A DNA stretch of 64,000 bases from Bacteroidales bacterium (lineage in GTDB: Bacteria > Bacteroidota > Bacteroidia > Bacteroidales > JAHJDW01): positions 1,322 through 65,321 of the forward strand of contig JAQUPB010000001.1 of the NCBI GenBank assembly GCA_029004185.1. Reading direction: 5' to 3'. How positions within the stretch are numbered: the first letter of the stretch is position 1; each line of letters starts with the position of its first letter. Positions 35,900 to 45,405 of this stretch are shown piece by piece. The notes beneath the pieces are model-generated. The model was not told the origin of the DNA, ran no database searches, and saw only the letters and a program-made list of their open reading frames with translations. The translations under genes and the position numbers were made by a program.

Positions 35900-36646
35900 A
35901 TGAAAAAAAATTCAATAATATTATTTTTTCTTTTTTCTTTTATTTATGCATTTCCGCAGGCAAGCATTAAAGACTCAAATATCTTTGTTTCTCTTTTTTC
36001 TGCTTCTTATACGTTGCAGCTTCCGGGTGGAGATATGGCAAAACGTTTCGGACTAAATTCAAATATCGGCGGTGCTTTTTCATTAAAAGACAAAAAGAAT
36101 TTTTTTTACGGCGCGGAATTCAATTTTTTATTCGGCAGTAAACTTAAAGAAGATAATATTTTCGATTCGATATCTACTGATATCGGTTTTATTATAGATG
36201 GCAGCGGTGAGCCGGCTGAAATTTATCTTTTTGAAAGAGGATTTTATTTGGGAGCAAAGTTCGGTAAAGTATTCAAGGGTTTTGGACCAAATCCTAATTC
36301 GGGATTTTTATTAACAATGAGTCCCGGATTTTTACAGCATAAAATAAGAATTGAAAACCCCAACAGCAGCGCTTATCAATTGCGGGGTGATTACAAAAAA
36401 GGATACGACCGCCTCACAAACGGCTTTGCACTGAATGAATTTGTCGGTTATTTATATCTGGGAAACAAACGACTTGTGAGCTTTATTATAGGATTTGATT
36501 TCACTCAGGGATTTACCCAAAGCCGCCGCTATGATTTCGATAAAAAGAAAAGAGATACTTCCAGCCGTTTCGATTTACTTTATGGCTTCAAAGTATGCTG
36601 GCTGATACCTATGTATAAAAGAGCTCCCGATAAATATTATTACTAA
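35900..36646 (+). CDS. Hypothetical exported protein (signal peptide)
   Basis: 248 aa. N-terminal signal sequence MKKNSIILFFLFSFIYAFPQA. The Gly- and aromatic-rich composition is compatible with a small beta-barrel. No family recognised. Confidence 0.5.
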   Translation: MKKNSIILFFLFSFIYAFPQASIKDSNIFVSLFSASYTLQLPGGDMAKRFGLNSNIGGAFSLKDKKNFFYGAEFNFLFGSKLKEDNIFDSISTDIGFIIDGSGEPAEIYLFERGFYLGAKFGKVFKGFGPNPNSGFLLTMSPGFLQHKIRIENPNSSAYQLRGDYKKGYDRLTNGFALNEFVGYLYLGNKRLVSFIIGFDFTQGFTQSRRYDFDKKKRDTSSRFDLLYGFKVCWLIPMYKRAPDKYYY

Positions 36647-36666
36647 AGTTTATTGTGGAGTTGTAA

Positions 36667-37800
36667 TCAGATTTTACCCTTCAAAATATCAATCAGTTTT
36701 TTTACTTCCTCTTCTTTGTTAAAACTGTGTAAGCAAATTCTGAGACGTTCTTTTCCTTTTGGTACAGTGGGACCGAGAATAGGGCGCACATCAAATCCGT
36801 TATCCTGCATATGCAGTGCTAATTTTTTTACATTATCATTGCCGGGAATTATAACCGACTGAATTGCACTTTCACTTTTTATTAATTCCAAACCTTTGAT
36901 TTCTCCCGTTAAAGATTTAAAAATATTAATAAGATTTTTTAATTTATTTATGTTTTCAGTGTCTTTGGAAAGTTTTTCGTAAGCACATTTAACAGAAATC
37001 AGGCTATGTAAGGGCAATGCTGTGGTATAAATAAATGAACGCGAAAAATTTATCAGATATTTTCTGAGTAAATTATTTCCAAGTATTATTGCCCCGTGAC
37101 ATCCGATTGCTTTGCCAAATGTATGAACCCGTGCGAAAATTTTATTCTGTAAATTTAAATGTTTTACCAATCCCTCCCCTTTATTTCCGATAACTCCCGT
37201 TGCATGAGCCTCATCAACTATGAGATTTGCATTATTAGCCGTGCAGGCAATTGAAATTTCGCCAAGCCGCGCAAGGTCGCCATCCATGGAATATACCGAC
37301 TCGATTACGACAAAAATATTTCCTTTGGCAATTTCAAGTTTGTTTTGTAAGTCGCATGTATCATTATGCTTGAAAGAATATGAATTTGCATAACTCAAAC
37401 GGGCGCCATCTCTTATTGATGCATGTGATAGCTCATCATAAATTATTGTATCACCGCGCTGGGGAACACATGATAACAATCCTATATTTGCATCAAAACC
37501 AGAGTTGAAAATTAATCCCGCTTCGGCATCGTGAAATTCAGCAATATATTTTTCAAGCTCTTCGGTGAATTTGTAATTTCCTGTAATTAACCTCGAACCG
37601 GTGGAACCGATTCTGTTTAAAGAAAGTTTGTTCTCGTTTGTTTTTTTGATTAAATCTTCAGAACGTGCATAACCAAGATAATCATTGGAGCAAAAATCAA
37701 CAAGGTTATTCTCACAGCGTAAACTCCGAAGCGAATTTTCTTTTTCCCTCTTATCTATTGGATCGTTTAAAAACTTATCAACTGAAAATATTTTACTCAT
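36667..37800 (-). CDS. 8-amino-7-oxononanoate synthase family PLP-dependent acyltransferase (BioF/Kbl/SPT-like)
   Basis: 377 aa. NDYLGY, SVYSMDGD, VDEAHATG and a PLP-lysine context HTFGKAIG. No other bio genes are adjacent, so the exact specificity is open. Confidence 0.8.
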   Translation of the reverse strand: MSKIFSVDKFLNDPIDKREKENSLRSLRCENNLVDFCSNDYLGYARSEDLIKKTNENKLSLNRIGSTGSRLITGNYKFTEELEKYIAEFHDAEAGLIFNSGFDANIGLLSCVPQRGDTIIYDELSHASIRDGARLSYANSYSFKHNDTCDLQNKLEIAKGNIFVVIESVYSMDGDLARLGEISIACTANNANLIVDEAHATGVIGNKGEGLVKHLNLQNKIFARVHTFGKAIGCHGAIILGNNLLRKYLINFSRSFIYTTALPLHSLISVKCAYEKLSKDTENINKLKNLINIFKSLTGEIKGLELIKSESAIQSVIIPGNDNVKKLALHMQDNGFDVRPILGPTVPKGKERLRICLHSFNKEEEVKKLIDILKGKI

Positions 37801-37864
37801 AATTCCTAAATAGTTTATGCAAAGTTATGGAATTTATGAATGTTGATTAAATTTGCATAAAAGC

Positions 37865-37995
37865 TTTACTAAACTTTTAAAGTTTAGTAAAACTGTAGGA
37901 AGTTTATAATTTGGACTAAAGTCCAAAGCATGTTTTTAAGTAACCCCGACCTTAAGGTCGGGGTTATAAAACCCAATAATAATGGGCTTTAGCCC
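37865..37995. repeat. Array of four consecutive unrelated palindromes in a divergent intergenic region
   Basis: 37865-37891 has a 12 bp stem (tttactaaactt/aagtttagtaaa). 37910-37927 has a 7 bp stem (tttggac/gtccaaa). 37941-37966 is a perfect 26 nt palindrome (taaccccgaccttaaggtcggggtta). 37984-37995 is gggctttagccc. Confidence 0.75.
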
Positions 37996-38024
37996 TGATA
38001 AAAAATTAAATAAACAAAAATACT

Positions 38025-38774
38025 ATGCTTAAGACAATCATAGAACATCGTACAATTCGCAAATACAATAGCAAAGCTGTTAGCGAAGATATTCTCAATA
38101 AAATTCTTGAAGCCGGATACAGGGCATCAACTACGGGCAATATGCAGGTATACAGCATTATTGTTTCCAAAACTGAAGAGAACAGAAAAAAACTCTGGGA
38201 AATACATTTTAAACAGGACATGATTTTGCAAGCACCTTTACTTCTAACGTTCTGTGCCGATTTTAACCGTTTCAATAAATGGTGCAGGCAAAGAGATGCA
38301 GAACCAGGTTATGATAATTTTCTTTCATTTTATACCGCTTCCATTGATGCATTAATTGCCTCGCAAAACGTTGCCCTTGCTGCTGAAAGTTTTGGATTGG
38401 GAATTTGTTATCTCGGCACTACAACATATCAGGCGGATAAATTAATTGATTTTTTTAATTTACCGCAAGGCGTTATTCCTGTCACAACCCTAGTTGTAGG
38501 TTATCCCGATGAAAATCCCGGATTGGTTGACCGCTTGCCCGCATATGGAATTGTGCACGAAGAAAAATACCGTGATTATTCGAAAGAAGATATTGATAAA
38601 ATTTATAAGTTAAAAGAATCATTACCGGAAACTGCAGAACTATTAAAAATAAATAATCTCCCTAATCTTGCGCAGATATTCACAAAAAACAGATATACAA
38701 AAAAAGATAATGTGCATTTTTCAAAAGTTTTCCTGAAAGCTATAACTGAGCAGGGATTTATGAATAATGAATAA
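38025..38774 (+). CDS. NADPH-dependent nitroreductase family oxidoreductase (NfsA-like)
   Basis: 249 aa. HRTIRKYNSKAVSEDILNKILEAGYRASTTGNMQ, typical of NfsA-type nitroreductases. Confidence 0.8.
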   Translation: MLKTIIEHRTIRKYNSKAVSEDILNKILEAGYRASTTGNMQVYSIIVSKTEENRKKLWEIHFKQDMILQAPLLLTFCADFNRFNKWCRQRDAEPGYDNFLSFYTASIDALIASQNVALAAESFGLGICYLGTTTYQADKLIDFFNLPQGVIPVTTLVVGYPDENPGLVDRLPAYGIVHEEKYRDYSKEDIDKIYKLKESLPETAELLKINNLPNLAQIFTKNRYTKKDNVHFSKVFLKAITEQGFMNNE

Positions 38775-38858
38775 AAAAAGTTTGTGGTTATAGTGCGAAG
38801 AGCATAGGTCTTAGTGCATGGAGTTTGAAGTGCCAGCTATTTTTTTTAACTCAAAAAA

Positions 38859-39521
38859 CTACATCACATCAATTGCTTTATTAATAAACTCATTGAAATG
38901 ATACATTTCTTTATAAATTTCAACTGACAATTTCAATAAATCATCAGACGATAATTTTTCATTTTTCAAAAAATATACCATGTTGTAACTTTTGAACTTG
39001 AGTAGTTCTGCATCTGCAAAGTCCTTCGGGAAGTCCTTGGGTATGTTTACAAGTTTATCGCCATCTATCTCGTTGAAATATTTTTTGAATTTCGGAGAAC
39101 TAATGATTTTTTTAAAATCATTTATATTGTAGAAAATCTCATTTCGAACGCATTTCAAGACTTCTGCATCGGGAATGTAAATACCCCCGGCAAGCATTGA
39201 TGATGATGGTTCGATATGAAAATAATAACCCGCAAACCTGCTTTTTCTTCCGCCGCAGGCAATATATGCCCCGAAATTTGTTTTATACGGGGTTTTATCT
39301 TTCGAAAATCTTATGTCGCGGTATATCCTGAAAATGCAGTCTTTTGCTGTTATATATTTTACCCGTTCATCAAATTTCGATATTGAGGGAATTAAAAGAT
39401 TTAGAAAACTTTCAAATTCTTTCTTCAATTCATCATAACGATTTTTGTTTGCATGAAACCAGTCTTTGTTGTTATTGCTTGTCAGTTCTTTTAAAAAACT
39501 TGTTATATTCCTAATAATCAT
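38859..39521 (-). CDS. DUF2461 family protein
   Basis: 220 aa. NNNKDWFHANKNRY, IYRDIRFSKDKTPYKT and GGIYIP match what I recall of the DUF2461/TIGR02453 family. Confidence 0.75.
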   Translation of the reverse strand: MIIRNITSFLKELTSNNNKDWFHANKNRYDELKKEFESFLNLLIPSISKFDERVKYITAKDCIFRIYRDIRFSKDKTPYKTNFGAYIACGGRKSRFAGYYFHIEPSSSMLAGGIYIPDAEVLKCVRNEIFYNINDFKKIISSPKFKKYFNEIDGDKLVNIPKDFPKDFADAELLKFKSYNMVYFLKNEKLSSDDLLKLSVEIYKEMYHFNEFINKAIDVM

Positions 39522-39522
39522 T

Positions 39523-40101
39523 TTATAAATTGTTTAAATAGTTCACTAGTTTTTTAACCGCAATTCCCCTATGACTTATTCCATTTTTTTCTTCCATTGT
39601 CATTTCGGCGAAAGTTTTTGAAAAGCCGGTGGGCTGAAAAATAGGGTCGTAGCCGAAGCCGCCTGTACCGCGTCTTTCTTCAAGTATTGTCCCGTTTACA
39701 ATTCCTTCAAACTTTACTTCTTTTCCATCAATTATTAAGGAAATAACCGTTAAAAATCTTGCTTCTCTGTTTTTTGCTCCCTGCATTTTGAGCAAGACTT
39801 TATCTATGTTTTCATCAAAATCTTTTTTTTCGCTTGCATAACGCGCTGAATGAACTCCCGGTTTTCCGTTCAATGCCTCAATTTCCAGACCTGTATCATC
39901 GGCAAAACAGGTTATCTTATATTTATTAAAAACGTACAATGCTTTTTGCGATGCATTTTCGCTTATGGTTTCTTTGTCTTCTGGTATGTCTTCATTACAG
40001 CCAATATCATTCAATGATAAAATTTCAAATTTATCTTTCAGAATCTGTTTTATTTCTTCAAGTTTGTGTTTGTTGTTTGTTGCAAAAACTATTTTGGTCA
40101 T
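39523..40101 (-). CDS. rdgB: RdgB/HAM1 non-canonical purine NTP pyrophosphatase
   Basis: 192 aa. VFATNNKHKLEEI, DDTGLEIEALNGKPGVHSARY, GFGYDPIF. Confidence 0.9.
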   Translation of the reverse strand: MTKIVFATNNKHKLEEIKQILKDKFEILSLNDIGCNEDIPEDKETISENASQKALYVFNKYKITCFADDTGLEIEALNGKPGVHSARYASEKKDFDENIDKVLLKMQGAKNREARFLTVISLIIDGKEVKFEGIVNGTILEERRGTGGFGYDPIFQPTGFSKTFAEMTMEEKNGISHRGIAVKKLVNYLNNL

Positions 40102-40207
40102 TTGTCAATGGTCATTAGTCATTAGTAAAAAAGCCGTGAGATGCGAGCTAAAAGCTTTGAGTACGAAATTTCTTTGTCGTTTTATTTTTTTAATTATTCA
40201 CTATTAT

Positions 40208-41260
40208 TTATTCATTATTAATTATCTTTCCTGCCAGTTGTCCGCAGGCAGCGTCAATGTCCTTTCCTCTGCTTCTGCGAACATTTACAATCATATTTTT
40301 ACTTTCAAGGAAATTAACAAATTCAGTTTTTCTTTCATGGGTTGATGGGTAATATTCAGTATTTTCAACATTATTAAATTCAATGATATTTATTTTGCAT
40401 GGAAAACTTTTGCAGAATGTTGCGAGTTCCTTTGCATCAACAAGCGAATCATTAAAATCTTTTAATAAAATATATTCAATGGTAATTCTGTTTTCAGTTT
40501 TGGAGTAATAATATTTTAAAGCCGAAGAAAGTTCTTTCAAAGGATTGTGAATATTAACAGGAATAATTTCATTTCTTTTTTCATCAACAGCAGAATGAAG
40601 AGAAACAGCAAGATTAACCTTTACTTTATCATCGCCGAGTTTGCGAAGCATTTTTGGCAAACCTACGGTTGAAATTGTTATACGCTGATAAGAAATATTC
40701 AAACCATCTTCCGATGTTATTAAATTTATTGCACAGGTTACATTTTCGTAATTCAGCAATGGCTCGCCCATGCCCATAAGTACAATATTCGATAAATTAT
40801 GTTTAAAATGTTTTATAGAATAATCTCTCAGTAAAACAACCTGGTCGAAAATTTCTGCCGTATTGAGATTTCGCTGTAATCCTAGTTTTGCGGTTGCACA
40901 GAATTTGCAATCAAGGTTGCATCCGGCTTGAGAGGAAATACAAGCAGTAATCCTGTCCCGGTCGGGAATCAAAACTCCTTCAATAATTAATTTGTCATAT
41001 AAACGGAATGCAATTTTAACCGTACCGTCAGTGCTTTTCTGAACAGAACAAATTTCAATGGAAGTAAGTGTAAAATTATCATTCAGGAGTTGCCGTGTTT
41101 CTTTCGAAAGGTTTGTCATTTCCTCGAAAGAGCGGACTGCCTTTTTCCATAACCATTCGTAAACCTGCTTCGCACGAAACGACTTATCGTTGTTAGATTT
41201 AAAAAAGTCTTCAAGTTCTTTTAAAGAAAGGGAAAGTATATCGGCTTTTTCTTTTGGCAT
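40208..41260 (-). CDS. rlmN: 23S rRNA (adenine2503-C2)-methyltransferase
   Basis: 350 aa. Radical SAM CNLDCKFCAT, GMGEPL and a C-terminal DIDAACGQL. Confidence 0.9.
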   Translation of the reverse strand: MPKEKADILSLSLKELEDFFKSNNDKSFRAKQVYEWLWKKAVRSFEEMTNLSKETRQLLNDNFTLTSIEICSVQKSTDGTVKIAFRLYDKLIIEGVLIPDRDRITACISSQAGCNLDCKFCATAKLGLQRNLNTAEIFDQVVLLRDYSIKHFKHNLSNIVLMGMGEPLLNYENVTCAINLITSEDGLNISYQRITISTVGLPKMLRKLGDDKVKVNLAVSLHSAVDEKRNEIIPVNIHNPLKELSSALKYYYSKTENRITIEYILLKDFNDSLVDAKELATFCKSFPCKINIIEFNNVENTEYYPSTHERKTEFVNFLESKNMIVNVRRSRGKDIDAACGQLAGKIINNE

Positions 41261-41540
41261 ACTGCAAAGTTAAAAAAAAATTTTGTGATACTAAACCTAA
41301 AAGGTTTTGTTTCTATCTGTCTTTAAGGGGCAAGGTGAAAAATAAATTCGATGTTTTCTTATATGTAGTTTGATTATTTATTTACTAATATAAAACTTTT
41401 ATCACACGTTTAGCACATTTGCATTTGTTTTAATTTCCGAAAAATGTCATAAATTCAAAAGAACTAAACCTTGCCTATCGCCTATCTTCCTTGATAATAT
41501 GTAATCTCTGCTTATATCGTATTAGAAACGCATGTTTTAT

Positions 41541-42500
41541 TTAATTCTTCGATAAAGAATGAGCATATCCAACAACAATAAATGGTTCAAGAAAATAAAA
41601 CTGCTGACTTGCTTTTCCTCCATTCTTTGTTGTATTAATATTAGGCATATTTATATATCCGCTCTTTAATGTTGTTTGCAAGAAGAAATGTTTATAAAAA
41701 TCTAATTGCAATCCAATACTTGCAGACAAACTGTATCCTGCCAAATGACAAGATTTGTATTTGCTTTCATTGTTATAATTAGACGGCTGTCCAAGAACTT
41801 CAGATTCTGTATTAGGAAGCATCATTCCTATTCCTACTGAACCTTGAATAGAAATTGCATGCTTATAATTATTTGAAATCCATATTTGGTTGTATCTTCC
41901 AAATTCAAAACTAACATTATTTAGTCCGCTGCAATGTTCAAATGATTGAACAAATCCTTTTGGCAAGGAATCAATTATTGAATTTTTATTGTCGCCATTT
42001 CCTTCGCCAATTAATACTTCAGTGTTGTTATAGTTGCCCTTATTGGTTTCCAAATTGACTGTGCCAGTCAAATGTGTTGCTTGCTTTATCATTTTATATC
42101 CCATATGGTCAATGCCAAATAATACATAGTTTTTATTATTTAGAAAATAACCGAAATGAAAATTGTATTGAGGACGAGTAAAAGTTGTAGGTTTAATATA
42201 TGTTAAAAAAGAAGGCGAAGGGTCGTTGGAAATCGGATCGTCTTTGGCAATTGCATTAAAAATTTTAAAATCATACCCTTTCCCATAAAAATGGACATCA
42301 CTTCTAGAATATATTGATCGATTATACCCCCAATAAATAAAAAAATTATTTTGCCTTTTGAACAATTTAATGGTTTCAATATTATCAGTTTCCGAAGTTT
42401 TTACCAAATTGTTTTTTAATTTTACACTATCATTAATAACCTGAGCTTTTACTAAAACTGAAAAGATTACTAAAGCAATAATTAGTTTGTAAGATTTCAT
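41541..42500 (-). CDS. Hypothetical exported protein, possibly an outer-membrane beta-barrel
   Basis: 319 aa. Signal peptide MKSYKLIIALVIFSVLVKAQ. Alternating aromatic/Gly pattern. No family recognised. Confidence 0.5.
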   Translation of the reverse strand: MKSYKLIIALVIFSVLVKAQVINDSVKLKNNLVKTSETDNIETIKLFKRQNNFFIYWGYNRSIYSRSDVHFYGKGYDFKIFNAIAKDDPISNDPSPSFLTYIKPTTFTRPQYNFHFGYFLNNKNYVLFGIDHMGYKMIKQATHLTGTVNLETNKGNYNNTEVLIGEGNGDNKNSIIDSLPKGFVQSFEHCSGLNNVSFEFGRYNQIWISNNYKHAISIQGSVGIGMMLPNTESEVLGQPSNYNNESKYKSCHLAGYSLSASIGLQLDFYKHFFLQTTLKSGYINMPNINTTKNGGKASQQFYFLEPFIVVGYAHSLSKN

Positions 42501-42660
42501 AATTATTTCATTTTAAAATTTAAAGTTAATTTAATAATTTGAAATGTATTATAACAAATATATATATATTCATTTTCAAAAAAAAATATTATATTGTTGA
42601 AAGGTAAAATATTTTTTATGTTTTTAAGCATTTAATAAATTTGCAATAAAATTAAAAAGA

Positions 42661-43344
42661 ATGAATTTAACAGCACTGGTACCAATAAAGAAAAATTCAG
42701 AGCGTTTTGAAAATAAAAATTTTCTGCAATTTTGTGGACAACCACTTTATCGAATCATTTTGGAAAAACTTCAGGCAATTGATTTAATAAATAAAATTGT
42801 TATTAATACCGACTCTGAAGTAATTGCAGATGATTGCCAAAAAAGATATTCAAAAACTTTAATTATTAAAAGACCAAATAATATTTGTGGAAATGAAATA
42901 ACAATGAACACACTTATAAAATATGATTTAACTCAAGTTCATGGTGAACACTTTCTTCAAACTCATTGCACTAATCCCCTGTTGTCAATAAGAACTATTA
43001 AACATGCCATAAATTTGTATTTTAAAAACCTAACTACTTTTGATTCTCTTTTAACTGTTGAAAGTATAAAAAAAAGAGGTTTCAATAATAAAGGAATTCC
43101 TATTAATCACGATAATTCAAAATTAGAAAAGACACAAGATTTACCGGAAATTTATATTGAAAATTCAAATTTATTTTTGTTTAGCAGAGGTTCATTTAAC
43201 AATAATTCATTAAGCAGAATTGGAAAAAAACCTCAATTTCTCACTATGAGTTTCATTGAAGGAATTGATATAGATTTCAGAGATGATTTTATTCTTGCGG
43301 AAATGATTTACAAAAACAAACATCTTTTTGAAATATCAAATTAA
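42661..43344 (+). CDS. Acylneuraminate/Kdo-type cytidylyltransferase family protein
   Basis: 227 aa. The N-terminus ALVPIKKNSERFENKNF resembles the CTP_transf_3 nucleotide-binding start. Converges on waaA with a 9 nt overlap of the 3' ends. Confidence 0.7.
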   Translation: MNLTALVPIKKNSERFENKNFLQFCGQPLYRIILEKLQAIDLINKIVINTDSEVIADDCQKRYSKTLIIKRPNNICGNEITMNTLIKYDLTQVHGEHFLQTHCTNPLLSIRTIKHAINLYFKNLTTFDSLLTVESIKKRGFNNKGIPINHDNSKLEKTQDLPEIYIENSNLFLFSRGSFNNNSLSRIGKKPQFLTMSFIEGIDIDFRDDFILAEMIYKNKHLFEISN

Positions 43345-44589
43345 TTTGGAGAATTTCATTCTAATTGATTCTACTATTTTTATACTTCCTCCAACATTCG
43401 ATTGAACATATGATATGATTTTATTTTTTGTTTCAAAATCATTCTTGCTTTCTAATTCATTAACTATTATACTATAAAGATCCATGCTGTTGCAATGTAT
43501 AACAGCTCCACCTATTTTAATTAAATCAATTGCTTCTGGAAAATTGTTGTGATTAGGGCCGAAAGTTGTTTTTAATCCGTAAACAGAAGGTTCAATAATA
43601 TTATGTATACCGCATTTATTAAACCCACCTCCAATAACAGCAATATTGCAATATTTATAAATATATTTTAAAATTCCCACGCAATCGACGTACAAAATTG
43701 AATGATTTGCGTTTAAATTCAAAATATTTGAATAACGAATTATTTTATTTTGATTTTTATTTGTGATTTTATTTAAATTTCTTTCATTAATATAATGCGG
43801 TACAATTATCCATTTTATTTTATTCGATTCAAATTTTTTACAAATTTTTAAAATATTTATTTCGTCTTTTGGCAAACAACTTCCTGCGACAACAACAAAG
43901 TTATCTTGAACAAAATCATTAATATATTTCAATTCTTTGAAATTTTTAGTTTCGTTGTACGCTCTATCGAATCTGGTATTTCCGGTTACGGAAGTATTTT
44001 TATTTTTGAACTTATTTTCAAGTATTTGTTTTGTAATTTCATTCTGACAATAAATATGGTCAAATTTTGCAAAGCATTCTTTGTAAATTAAATTTGCAGG
44101 CCACTTTAAAAAATTACTTTTTTTATTTAACAGAAGCGATAGTAAAAATAATGGAATGTTTCTTTTCTTTATTTCAACAATATAATTCAACCAAAGTTCC
44201 GATCTGCTGAAAAAAACTGATTGTGGCTGCAAAATCTCCAAGAATTGTTTCGAATTATTAGGAGTGTCTAAAGGTAAATATAAAACCAAGTCATAATTAT
44301 TTGACCTCTTTAAAACCTCAAAACCAGAAGGAGAAAAAAAAGTAAGCAATGTTTTCTTTTGCGGGTTTTCATTTTTTATTTTATTGAATATTTCACAACA
44401 GTCTTCGTACTCTCCAAGCGAAGAACAATGAAACCAAATCCAATTATCTTTAAATTTCCTTTTTTGTTTTAATATTTCAATCCAATTCTTTCTGCCACTG
44501 ATCCACAAACGAGCTTTTTTATTGAAAAAACTTGAAATGAAAATTAATGAATAATATATTTTAATAATAAAATTATATAGGAGAATCAT
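43336..44589 (-). CDS. waaA: 3-deoxy-D-manno-octulosonic acid transferase
   Basis: WFHCSSLGEYE motif, an N-terminal membrane anchor and a GT30-like length. Start placed at the ATG at 44589 (MILLYNF), 1 nt after the upstream HAD stop. The ORF track extends to 44622. Confidence 0.8.
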   Translation of the reverse strand: MILLYNFIIKIYYSLIFISSFFNKKARLWISGRKNWIEILKQKRKFKDNWIWFHCSSLGEYEDCCEIFNKIKNENPQKKTLLTFFSPSGFEVLKRSNNYDLVLYLPLDTPNNSKQFLEILQPQSVFFSRSELWLNYIVEIKKRNIPLFLLSLLLNKKSNFLKWPANLIYKECFAKFDHIYCQNEITKQILENKFKNKNTSVTGNTRFDRAYNETKNFKELKYINDFVQDNFVVVAGSCLPKDEINILKICKKFESNKIKWIIVPHYINERNLNKITNKNQNKIIRYSNILNLNANHSILYVDCVGILKYIYKYCNIAVIGGGFNKCGIHNIIEPSVYGLKTTFGPNHNNFPEAIDLIKIGGAVIHCNSMDLYSIIVNELESKNDFETKNKIISYVQSNVGGSIKIVESIRMKFSKLI

Positions 44590-44590
44590 T

Positions 44591-45226
44591 TTAAGAAAGT
44601 AAAATATTTTTAAGTTCAGCAACAGTTTTTATAATAAAATCAGGGTTTGATTTTAATATTTCTTCTTCTGTTCCGTAACCATAAAGTACGCCTCCTGTCA
44701 TTATTCCTGCATCTTTTCCCGCTTCAATATCTTGTTGTTTATCGCCAATAACAATTGATTTATTTAAATTTGGGATTTGTTTAATAAGCTCAGTTTTACT
44801 AAAGTTAATGCCATTAGGCTGAAACCCATAGATATTTGTAAACAAGTGCGCAATATTATGATGCGATAACATTTTCGCAGCCTGAATTACGGGTTTTGCT
44901 GTGATAACATATATTTTTGATTCTAATGCAAGTTCTTCAAGAATATATATAATTCCAGAATATATTTCACTTTCATATAATCCAATATTATCATAATATT
45001 CGCGAAAGCTATTTATTACTTCCGTGATAATTTTACTATTATCATCAAAATACCTTTTTAACGATTCGGTAAGAGGAATGCCAATAATGGAATTGATTTC
45101 ATTATCATTTAAACTTAAAGAACTATAATTTTTAAATGCATGAATAAAACCGTTCTTGATTCCTTTGTATGAATCGCTAATAGTTCCATCTAAGTCAAAA
45201 AAAACATTATTGAAATTTCGCTTCAT
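44591..45226 (-). CDS. HAD family hydrolase (phosphoglycolate phosphatase-like)
   Basis: 211 aa. FFDLDGTISDS (DxDGT), VITAKP, GDKQQDIEAG. Confidence 0.8.
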   Translation of the reverse strand: MKRNFNNVFFDLDGTISDSYKGIKNGFIHAFKNYSSLSLNDNEINSIIGIPLTESLKRYFDDNSKIITEVINSFREYYDNIGLYESEIYSGIIYILEELALESKIYVITAKPVIQAAKMLSHHNIAHLFTNIYGFQPNGINFSKTELIKQIPNLNKSIVIGDKQQDIEAGKDAGIMTGGVLYGYGTEEEILKSNPDFIIKTVAELKNILLS

Positions 45227-45405
45227 TATAAATTTCTATTTGCTAATTCTGTTTTAAATCTATATTTTATAATATTTTGGAGTTATTTTAAACTATCAAA
45301 ATAACAACAATAAAATATGAAATGCAAAACCAAAGCCTGCAAAAGAGCTTTCCTTTTAACCCACCAGAAAAAGAAGTACGGCAGACTCTTTGTAAAGTAA
45401 AAAAA

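Noticed and set aside
39965-40345. A 126 aa ORF crossing the rdgB-rlmN spacer.
   Set aside because: It is antisense to rdgB and rlmN at its two ends. Its middle is a translation of the gtcattag and gagct word repeats (WSLVISKKAVRCELKAL).
41261-41540. The 280 nt spacer upstream of rlmN, and other spacers (42501-42660, 45227-45405, 46942-47143), scanned for tRNA or small RNA genes.
   Set aside because: No tRNA-like T-arm (GGTTCGAATCC-type) or acceptor-stem pairing was seen, and no other conserved RNA motif that I can recognise by eye.
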